Source of the DNA: an uncultured archaeon
GTDB lineage: Archaea > Asgardarchaeota > Hermodarchaeia > Hermodarchaeales > Hermodarchaeaceae
Length of the DNA stretch: 17,301 nucleotides
Reading direction: 5' to 3'
Assembly: GCA_964347045.1 (NCBI GenBank)
Contig: CAYFXC010000010.1
Span: 1 to 17,301, forward strand
The position numbers and the translations under genes were made by a program. The number at the start of each line of letters is the position of its first letter. Position 1 is the stretch's first letter. This document shows, one piece after another, positions 9,159 to 16,464 of this stretch. The notes under the pieces were generated by a model. It was not told the DNA's origin. It saw only the letters and a list, made by a program, of their open reading frames with translations, and did not search any database.

Positions 9159-9641
9159 ATGCGAAAAGAGCTAAGCTACGAATTTTCAACACTTCCACCA
9201 GCGCAGAAGGGTTTCAAATGCGTATGCGATCGGCTTGGAATTCAACCCCGAGAGACTGATACAGGAGGTGGACTAACAGCGAGATCAGAGGATCGCACCT
9301 TTTCAGGCCAATTAACTACAAATACGACCGAACGCGGTGCAATGAAAGTAGAGGTGCACCTTCGGATTTCCTCCGATGAACAGCTGACTGCAGTAACAGC
9401 GTGTTTTGGCGAGCCACAAAAAGAACGCAAGATAGCCCCCAGCCAAAAGACTTTTGCTAAGACAGTAGTTGATACAGATTTTTCAGACGATACTGAAAGT
9501 TTTGTCAGAGAAGTATGTCAGAAATTAGATATTGCTCCTGATCAATTTGGAAATTATCGGGCTATGGTGCTCTCCACCGCCCGAATGAAAAATGCTCCTG
9601 ATTTCATGAAGGAAGCGGCGATGAAATTGAAGGAGATATAG
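9159..9641 (+). CDS. Hypothetical protein (160 aa)
   Basis: AGGTGTGA SD immediately upstream and an AT-rich TTTTATTAAG box near 9104-9113. Divergent from the PLD gene. No motif recognised. Confidence 0.75.
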   Translation: MRKELSYEFSTLPPAQKGFKCVCDRLGIQPRETDTGGGLTARSEDRTFSGQLTTNTTERGAMKVEVHLRISSDEQLTAVTACFGEPQKERKIAPSQKTFAKTVVDTDFSDDTESFVREVCQKLDIAPDQFGNYRAMVLSTARMKNAPDFMKEAAMKLKEI

Positions 9642-9670
9642 TCGAAAACCTGCCATATCTTCGATTCTTT

Positions 9671-9838
9671 TCAACCAAATCGTAATTCATGACTTTCAGA
9701 TTCGTGTTCACATACTGTGCATTTATATTTCTTCTTCTTGTAGACACAGGTTCGGTGAAATGAGGAATTACAATTAGAGCATTTAATAGGAGTTTGTACG
9801 ATTTTTCCGCATGCTTGACATACATCATCAGTGCTCAA
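9671..9838 (-). CDS. Stand-alone C4HC3 cross-brace zinc finger (PHD-like / RING-variant), 55 aa; not in the ORF track
   Basis: Manual translation from TTG 9838 to TGA 9671: MSTDDVCQACGKIVQTPIKCSNCNSSFHRTCVYKKKKYKCTVCEHESESHELRFG, giving C-x2-C-x9-C-x2-C-x4-H-x2-C-x8-C-x2-C. SD-like AGGAACGTGAT upstream. Fits the gap without overlapping neighbours. Confidence 0.85.
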   Translation of the reverse strand: MSTDDVCQACGKIVQTPIKCSNCNSSFHRTCVYKKKKYKCTVCEHESESHELRFG

Positions 9839-9929
9839 AGTATCACGTTCCTGTTAATCTTATACCCTCGAACTTCTCGGTTAAACGTTTCTCTTGTAGT
9901 TGAGGTGGGACAAACAGTCTAATGGAAGC

Positions 9930-10889
9930 TCAAATTACTTGTTCTTTGATGTATGGGACACCAATTGCTTTAGGTGGAATTGATCTTCGAATGATTCCAA
10001 GAGCGATGATAACACCAAGATAGGGAATCATGCGTAAGTACAAATTGAATGGGGCCAAGAAGCCTAATTCGGGTGTTACTTGGATAACAATCTTTAGACC
10101 ATCAAGAAAACCGAAAAACAATCCTGCCATTAGTACACCAAAAGGCGTCCAATTACCAAAAATAAGAGCTGCTAAAGCAATGAACCCCCGACCAGCAACC
10201 ATATTCCTACTAAAAGACGAGCCAAATCCGATTGAAAGATAGGCCCCAGCAAGACCTGAGAGACACCCACTAAGTATTACTCCAATCATTCGAGTAGTTT
10301 CAACATTGACACCTGCTGAATCAAGAGCGCTTGGGTCTTCGCCTGCGGCGCGTAGCCTTAGCCCGAATGAAGTTCTGTAAAGAATGAACCAGCAAATTGG
10401 GACTAGTGCAAACATTATGTATACAATTGGGGATTGGCTTCCGAACATGGGACCAAGGATTGGAACACCAAGAAGTGAAGGAATAACAATTTCAGGAATG
10501 GGAAGTACCGGGTCAGATACCCCTCGTTGTCCCCAAATAACAGAAAGCATTACCGTGGTGAATCCTGCGGCAAATATGATAATTCCTGTACCGCTTACAA
10601 TCTGATTTCCTTTCAGTTGTACAGAAACGAGGGCGTGAATTAGTCCCATCACACCTCCTATCAGAATAGCGTAGAAAACGCCAATCCATGGATTACCTGT
10701 ATAGTGACTGCCAGCTGCACCCATAAGGGCGCCCATCAACATCATACCCTCTAATCCAATGTTTACTACACCAGATCTCTCTGAAAACATTCCACCCAAT
10801 GCAGCTAAAATCAATGGTGTCCCCGCAATGAGGGTTGTATAGCCAATGATGCCAATAACGAGTACGAAATCGATTTGAACAGCCTGCAT
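9930..10889 (-). CDS. Nucleoside/sugar ABC transporter permease 2 (BPD_transp_2, YufQ/NupC-like), ~319 aa
   Basis: TPLILAALGGMFSERSGVVNIGLEG, FGLRLRAAGE, GRGFIALAALIFGNW. Start moved from 10994 to ATG 10889, which has a TAATG overlap with the upstream stop and a GGAGGTG SD. Confidence 0.9.
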   Translation of the reverse strand: MQAVQIDFVLVIGIIGYTTLIAGTPLILAALGGMFSERSGVVNIGLEGMMLMGALMGAAGSHYTGNPWIGVFYAILIGGVMGLIHALVSVQLKGNQIVSGTGIIIFAAGFTTVMLSVIWGQRGVSDPVLPIPEIVIPSLLGVPILGPMFGSQSPIVYIMFALVPICWFILYRTSFGLRLRAAGEDPSALDSAGVNVETTRMIGVILSGCLSGLAGAYLSIGFGSSFSRNMVAGRGFIALAALIFGNWTPFGVLMAGLFFGFLDGLKIVIQVTPELGFLAPFNLYLRMIPYLGVIIALGIIRRSIPPKAIGVPYIKEQVI

Positions 10890-12481
10890 TAGAACGCACC
10901 TCCTACAACTAGGCCTTTCCATCGCATTTGATAAAATGAAACAATGGAAGTTACAATTCCAATGATTCCTATGACTGCAACGGGAATACGCCAATTATTC
11001 CATAATATTAGAAAAGGAATAAATGAAAGTCCTAGTGAGGTAAAAATTGGTTCTAGGCTAGCAAACAGAACAGGGTTTGCAAAAACGATAACAAGTAATC
11101 CAATCGCAACAACTAGAGTGAGAATAGTACCCCACATATTCCCTCGCATCAGATAAACGAACGCAAGAATACCTAGAATTCCCAATAGGAAAATGAAAAT
11201 GATGTCTAAAGCTAATACCACAGTAATTAAGGGTAATCCGAGCATCAATGACTGGTTGGTAAGAGCTAGTAACAAAAGTAATTGAGTTGTTACAATGCCC
11301 AATGCAGCAAACCCGATAATCAATCCCATTAGAGAAGCTAAGAAGATTGGTGTAGCTCTTTTCCAATCGGCTTCAAGCCATTGAGCATATACACTACCCT
11401 TATCCGCAAGCCAAACGATGAGTTTGGGAGCGGCAACAAAGAGAATTATTAAACCTTGAATAACTCCAATCATTTCAATGGGAACTTGAGCTGTCACTTG
11501 CATCGAGATACTCCCGGCACGGAGTAAACCCAAAAAAATGGCACTAAACAAGGCACCAAATGGACTGTTGTTTCCTAAAACAGCGACTGTAATTCCATCA
11601 AATCCATACCCCGGTGAAAATCCTGCAACGAAACGACCGAAGGTTCCTAACACTTCACTTGCACCAGCTAAACCTGCAATGCCTCCACTAATTGCTAGGC
11701 TAAGAGCAAGCATCCGCTTTGAGTTGATTCCTGCAGTTTCTGCTGCTGTGAGATTTAATCCTACAGCTCGCATTTCAAATCCAAGAACAGTCTTATTGAG
11801 AAAATAGGCAACAGCTAATACTGTAAGAAGACCTAATAGGAAACCCATATGCAAGAAATTACTTCCAAATAGTTTTAGCAAGGCGGCGGTAGGTAAAATT
11901 GGGTAAGTCTGCGGATATGGGTTAACAGGTGTGAGATCCATGAGTGGTCCTGATGAAAGATATTGAACAATAATGAGGGCAATGAAATTCAACATTATTG
12001 TGGTTACAACTTCATGCGCACCGCGGTAAGCTTTGAGTAGACCAGCGATTAGGCCCCATAAACCACCAGCAATTGCAGCCACGAGAATAGCAATGATTGG
12101 GTGAATTACTATCGGCAAGACAACATAGGTTCCAATTACTGCGGCTGAAATAGCGCCCATTTGAAGTTGTCCTTCAGCACCGATATTAAACAAACCAGAT
12201 TTGAAAGCTAATGCAACAGCCAGCCCAGTGAAAATTAGAGGAGTTGCTCGCCAAAAAATCTGATCGGGATTTGATAGAGCCCCTCTTAGAAGTTCAAAAT
12301 ATGCAGAAAATGGATTAAATCCCAAGGCTAACATAAGTAAACCAGCGACAACAAGAGCAAGTAGTATCGAACCGATAGCCCACCCTAATTGACGTAAAAA
12401 TCCACTTAGCAATCGTTCACGGGAGGCTTTCACATCTTCCTTTAAAAGATCGGGATAATCCTCAATCGTTTTCTTTGCCAT
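10889..12481 (-). CDS. Nucleoside/sugar ABC transporter permease 1 (YufP/NupB-like) with a ~170-aa extra C-terminal membrane region, 530 aa
   Basis: ATPLIFTGL, GLFNIGAEGQ, HEVVTTIMLN, GFEMRAVG, GYGFDGITVAVLG. Further hydrophobic segments follow residue ~360. Confidence 0.9.
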   Translation of the reverse strand: MAKKTIEDYPDLLKEDVKASRERLLSGFLRQLGWAIGSILLALVVAGLLMLALGFNPFSAYFELLRGALSNPDQIFWRATPLIFTGLAVALAFKSGLFNIGAEGQLQMGAISAAVIGTYVVLPIVIHPIIAILVAAIAGGLWGLIAGLLKAYRGAHEVVTTIMLNFIALIIVQYLSSGPLMDLTPVNPYPQTYPILPTAALLKLFGSNFLHMGFLLGLLTVLAVAYFLNKTVLGFEMRAVGLNLTAAETAGINSKRMLALSLAISGGIAGLAGASEVLGTFGRFVAGFSPGYGFDGITVAVLGNNSPFGALFSAIFLGLLRAGSISMQVTAQVPIEMIGVIQGLIILFVAAPKLIVWLADKGSVYAQWLEADWKRATPIFLASLMGLIIGFAALGIVTTQLLLLLALTNQSLMLGLPLITVVLALDIIFIFLLGILGILAFVYLMRGNMWGTILTLVVAIGLLVIVFANPVLFASLEPIFTSLGLSFIPFLILWNNWRIPVAVIGIIGIVTSIVSFYQMRWKGLVVGGAF

Positions 12482-12486
12482 ACTAC

Positions 12487-14190
12487 TCAGTTCTCCCTTT
12501 CGGATTGTACTTCTTGACCTGCCATTAACAAACCAAGTTCTTGCTCATTCGTTGTTGCAGGATCTAATATTGCAGCGATTTGGCCAGCAAATAGCACCGC
12601 TATGCGGTCTGAAACACTTTGAATCTCATCTAAATCAGCAGAAACTAGGAGAATCCCAACTCCTTCATCCCGCATTTGCACGAGGACTTTGTGAATATAT
12701 TCTGTTGCACCCACATCGAGACCACGCGTTGGATGTGATGCAACAAGAACTCTTGGATTAAATCCTAAAATCCGAGCGACGATGAGTTTTTGTTGATTCC
12801 CTCCTGAAAGTGTACTAGCGGGTTCTTCTACATTCGTCATTCGGATATCAAATGCCTTTGCACGTTCTCCCGAATGTTTTACAATTTCAGGTTCATTGAG
12901 AAATGAGTTAGGAATTGGAGTAGGTATTGCAACCGCAGCCAATTTTGGCCCAAAGACGGAAGGAGGAAATGGTTGGAATCGATTCGAAGCGAAAGGTTCA
13001 CGGTAATGGCCTCCAAGAATTAGATTTTCTTTGATTGAGAAGTTTAGAATCAAGCCCCGTTGATGCCTATCTTGTGGTATAAATCCGACACCAATGTTTT
13101 GGATTCTTCGAGGACTACAATTTGTAATATTCTGTTCTCCAACCCAAACCTCGCCATCATTGATCTTTCGTAATCCTGTGATAGCTTGAACTAATTCAAT
13201 TTGGCCATTTCCTTCAACACCCGCAATTCCTAAAATCTCCCCTTCTTTAATCTCTAAAGATATTCCTCTAACAGCTTCTAATCCTCGATCATCTTTTACA
13301 TGTAGATTTCTAATTGCCATGATTGGATTTCCAGGTTTGGCTATAGTTTTTGCTACGCGGAATATTACGGGGCGACCGACCATCATTTCAGCAAGGGCTT
13401 CAGGTGACGTTTTCTTCTTTGGTACTGTTCCTACAAGTGCCCCATCTCGAAGAACGCTAATATAATCTGCGAGTGCCATGGGTTCACGTAATTTATGGGT
13501 AATTAGGATGATTGTTTTTCCTGCTTCCCGAAAAGTTTGAAGGGTTTCAAAAAGTTCATCAACTTCTTGTGGCGTTAACACTGCGGTGGGTTCATCAAGG
13601 ATTAGGATATCGGCTTTTCGATACAAGAGTTTAATAATTTCTACTCTTTGACGAAGTCCCACAGAAAGGTCTTGGATTTTGGCTTTAGGATCGATATTGA
13701 GTTTATTTTCTTCACCGATTCGACGAATTTCATCTTCTGCAGCCCTGTAATTCATGGGTTGAACTCGATCTAATCCACCCAATAACGATTGGCCTGCGTT
13801 TCGGAAAAAGCCTCTTGTAGGACTTTCTAATACCTTTCGTTTCTCGATTCGCTCGCTAAGGGTTAAATAGAGAGGTTCTGTGCCAAGAATGACATTTTCT
13901 GTTACGGTTAATGTGGGAATAAGCTTGAAATGTTGATGAACCATCCCGATTCCAAGTCGAATTGCATCTGCTGGTGATTTGAAATGAACCTCTTCACCCC
14001 GAATCTTGATTAGCCCAGAATCCATGGATAACAGACCATATAATATGTTCATGAGTGTGGTTTTTCCTGCGCCATTTTCGCCCAAGAGTCCATGAACCTC
14101 TCCCTCTGCTATTCGAAGGGTAATATCACGGTTTGCTTGTACTCCACCAGGAAAGGTTTTGTTAATATTTTCAAGCTCTATGACGTATAT
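12487..14190 (-). CDS. CUT2-family double-domain ABC ATPase (YufO/NupA-like), ~567 aa, probable ATA start
   Basis: Walker A GENGAGKTT, LSVG signature, ILDEPT, second domain GVEGNGQ/LSGGNQQK. The frame stays open 35 codons above the track start at 14085 (IYVIELENINKTFPGGVQANRDITLRIAEGEVHGL), up to ATA 14190. GGAGGT SD at 14198-14203; in-frame TAG at 14194-14196. Confidence 0.9.
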   Translation of the reverse strand: MYVIELENINKTFPGGVQANRDITLRIAEGEVHGLLGENGAGKTTLMNILYGLLSMDSGLIKIRGEEVHFKSPADAIRLGIGMVHQHFKLIPTLTVTENVILGTEPLYLTLSERIEKRKVLESPTRGFFRNAGQSLLGGLDRVQPMNYRAAEDEIRRIGEENKLNIDPKAKIQDLSVGLRQRVEIIKLLYRKADILILDEPTAVLTPQEVDELFETLQTFREAGKTIILITHKLREPMALADYISVLRDGALVGTVPKKKTSPEALAEMMVGRPVIFRVAKTIAKPGNPIMAIRNLHVKDDRGLEAVRGISLEIKEGEILGIAGVEGNGQIELVQAITGLRKINDGEVWVGEQNITNCSPRRIQNIGVGFIPQDRHQRGLILNFSIKENLILGGHYREPFASNRFQPFPPSVFGPKLAAVAIPTPIPNSFLNEPEIVKHSGERAKAFDIRMTNVEEPASTLSGGNQQKLIVARILGFNPRVLVASHPTRGLDVGATEYIHKVLVQMRDEGVGILLVSADLDEIQSVSDRIAVLFAGQIAAILDPATTNEQELGLLMAGQEVQSEREN

Positions 14191-14298
14191 CGCCTAGACC
14201 TCCAAGACATTGTGTAAAACTCACATAAACGCCAGATAGTGTAGTTTTCAGATGAAACTTGTATTTAACGTAATTGGCACAAACAACAAAGTAACATT

Positions 14299-14337
14299 AA
14301 AAAAAATAGAAAGGGGGGGCTTTGGAAAAAGCCACCC
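14299..14337 (-). terminator. Hairpin plus U-tract directly after the BMP gene (intra-operon terminator/stabiliser)
   Basis: Minus strand GGGTGGCTTT-TTCC-AAAGCCCCCC (9 of 10 pairs), then CTTTCTATTTTTTTT. Confidence 0.7.
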
Positions 14338-14339
14338 GA

Positions 14340-15458
14340 TTATTCAACCCATGGGAAAGTTACTGGTGGATCCAGAGTACCGTCGATAATATCTTGTTTT
14401 AGTTGTTCAACTGCAGCTTTCGCTGCTGGGTCGAGTTGTAGCAGACCGGGATTGTCTTCGTAGTCATGACCACCATTTGCCGTGTCAAAATTATTTATGC
14501 CAGCTGTAAATGTGTAGCCTTCTTGAGTCGCATCTCGGATAATGTTGTACGCAGCAACCTGGACATTCTTCAGTGCAGTCGTTAGACATACTGTTGGTGG
14601 TTGTGGATTATCTGGATCTGCAGTTCCCAGATACATCTGAGGTGAGTCCACACCCACTACCCAGATGGGACCCAATGTGGCATTATTAGATTTGCAACTG
14701 GCAAATACACCGAGACCCGATCGTCCCGCCGCAGCAAAGATGATGTCCACTCCAGCCGTATACATTCCGTCAGCGAGAAGTTGCGCTCCAGCGATATCAG
14801 TAAACCCTGCAGGCGTATCTGCGACATAGGCTACAGAAACGTTATTGCCACCAGCAGTGTTTGTTATTCCGAGTTCAGGTCGAGTGATGTTGGCTCCCCA
14901 GAAGAACCCGGCAGCGAATTTCCAGAGGAGTGGAATTCCACTCATTCCACCGATATAGCCAATTTTTCCTGTTTGGGTGTATGCTCCAGCAATAGCACCG
15001 GCAAGAGCACCAGCTTCTTCTTCATTGAAAAGCAACGATGCAACATTTGGATAGTTTGTTTCGTTAATGTATGAGTCGACGATGGCAAAATTCTGTCCTG
15101 GGAACTGTCCAGCCACAGTTTCCATAGCGACTTGTTGTGTGAATCCGACCCCGATTATGAGTTTATATGGTGTCAACCATTCAGGATGCATAGCAAAGTG
15201 TCTTAGGAAAGGCTCAAACTCTGCAACATCAGTTGGTTCAACCCACGTAAATGTGATATTGAAATCTGCAGCTGCAAGTGATGCACCCTCGAACACACCG
15301 TCGTTAAATGATTTATCACCGAGGCCTCCGGTAGCAAAGACAATTGCCACATCAAAAGGATTAGCTGGTTTGAGAAATATTGGTCCAAGAACGAAACCAG
15401 TGCCAGTACCGACGAGAAAGAAGATTAAAGCGACAGCGACTAATTGAATTCTTGACAT
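14340..15458 (-). CDS. BMP-family (PnrA/TmpC-like) nucleoside ABC substrate-binding protein, 372 aa
   Basis: GGLGDKSFND, IIGVGF, FAIVDS, GKIGYIGGM, DIIFAAAGRSGLG, VVGVDS. N-terminal TM anchor with no lipobox Cys. GGAGG SD at 15467-15471. Confidence 0.92.
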   Translation of the reverse strand: MSRIQLVAVALIFFLVGTGTGFVLGPIFLKPANPFDVAIVFATGGLGDKSFNDGVFEGASLAAADFNITFTWVEPTDVAEFEPFLRHFAMHPEWLTPYKLIIGVGFTQQVAMETVAGQFPGQNFAIVDSYINETNYPNVASLLFNEEEAGALAGAIAGAYTQTGKIGYIGGMSGIPLLWKFAAGFFWGANITRPELGITNTAGGNNVSVAYVADTPAGFTDIAGAQLLADGMYTAGVDIIFAAAGRSGLGVFASCKSNNATLGPIWVVGVDSPQMYLGTADPDNPQPPTVCLTTALKNVQVAAYNIIRDATQEGYTFTAGINNFDTANGGHDYEDNPGLLQLDPAAKAAVEQLKQDIIDGTLDPPVTFPWVE

Positions 15459-15466
15459 TACTAATT

Positions 15467-15550
15467 CCTCCTGATAAGCCCCATCAGGATCAGAAACCCT
15501 CTAAGACAGGAAGGCGTTAATCGTGATACCGAACCTTAGAAGCTTATCAG
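15467..15550 (-). promoter_or_regulatory. Candidate structured 5' leader of the nucleoside ABC operon
   Basis: Nested inverted repeats at 15542-15550/15471-15479 and 15535-15540/15500-15505, an alternative hairpin at 15483-15489/15469-15475, and an anti-SD at 15507-15513. Confidence 0.5.
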
Positions 15551-15572
15551 ATGCATGTGTAGAGATAATAAC

Positions 15573-15581
15573 TATATAAAA
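15573..15581 (-). promoter_or_regulatory. Archaeal TATA box for the ABC operon
   Basis: The minus strand reads TTTTATATA. Usual archaeal spacing puts the transcription start near 15550. Confidence 0.55.
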
Positions 15582-15711
15582 TATCTATCCATTTAGCCGT
15601 TAGATAGAAGTCAGTTTGTCAAACCCAAAAGACGATATAGATTTTGAACAATTTCCTTTTCAATAAAGTCCTATAATGTGGTTCAGATGTCATCTACAGA
15701 GAATCTCTTTG

Positions 15712-16305
15712 TTATATGGTGACAATCAAGCCACGGGATCCAACAGCCACAAGCTTTGTAATCCCTAGGCAATCAGTTTTTCCTTCCGATTCATGAACAT
15801 GCCCACTGTATATTGCCGCTGGTTGAACCTCCATTATGAAATCGCGGAGACTTTTATAACCAATGTGGCTGCCTCCCCAAGTTAAATCAACGTTTGTTCC
15901 AAAAGGTGGTGTATGAGTGCACAATACTAGGTTTTCTAGGTAATAGAACCGTTTCAGCATATGTTGAACCTTTTCATCGGTCAAGCCAAAAGGTAGACTT
16001 GGTTGACCGCCCCCCAACCCTGCATATGTTTTGCTCCCCAGAGTTACATATTCTCCATGTAGGTAGTGGAAAACCTCATGATCTTGGCAAAGCCATCGGA
16101 GCGCCTCGGTATCATCATGATTCCCAGGAATAAAATATACTTCCGTCCCGACATCAAGTGGTTCAAGAGCCTCAACGAGCCCTTTCCCAAAACTTACATA
16201 ATCGCCTAGTCCAAATCCCACTTCAACTTCTTTTAATTTGGTGCGAGTGCGTGTAATCGCGTGTTTGTCACCGTGAAGGTCTGAGAAAAAGAGAGCCCGC
16301 ATCAT
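15712..16305 (-). CDS. Calcineurin-like metallophosphoesterase (Icc-related), 197 aa
   Basis: All five motifs present: SDLHG, GD, GNHD, THTPP, GHVHE. Confidence 0.92.
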   Translation of the reverse strand: MMRALFFSDLHGDKHAITRTRTKLKEVEVGFGLGDYVSFGKGLVEALEPLDVGTEVYFIPGNHDDTEALRWLCQDHEVFHYLHGEYVTLGSKTYAGLGGGQPSLPFGLTDEKVQHMLKRFYYLENLVLCTHTPPFGTNVDLTWGGSHIGYKSLRDFIMEVQPAAIYSGHVHESEGKTDCLGITKLVAVGSRGLIVTI

Positions 16306-16464
16306 TGCAGAGGCATACCCTCATTTGCCAAAAACCTTACCCTTTTCATATCTAGTTAAAACAAACCGGCTAATTTTGATGACTTTGAACAATGAACAAA
16401 GTGAATAAATGAAACAACTCAACCATTGGAGAACTTATTCGTGTTTTCAAAGAGGTATATGTTG

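Noticed and set aside
9604-9828. 74-aa track ORF
   Set aside because: It is an alternative frame of the C4HC3 zinc-finger gene, overlaps the 160-aa gene and has no motif.
10890-10994. N-terminal 35 aa of the track's 354-aa permease
   Set aside because: Overlaps the upstream permease; the SD and TAATG coupling support ATG 10889.
14194-14205. Pyrrolysine-type TAG readthrough from TTG 14205
   Set aside because: It would add only a few unconserved residues, there are no pyl genes in the window, and SD spacing favours ATA.
15467-15550. SAM-I or canonical purine riboswitch
   Set aside because: CUUAUC and GAUAAG are in the reverse order for SAM-I and its core is absent. The purine P3 and kissing loops were not found.
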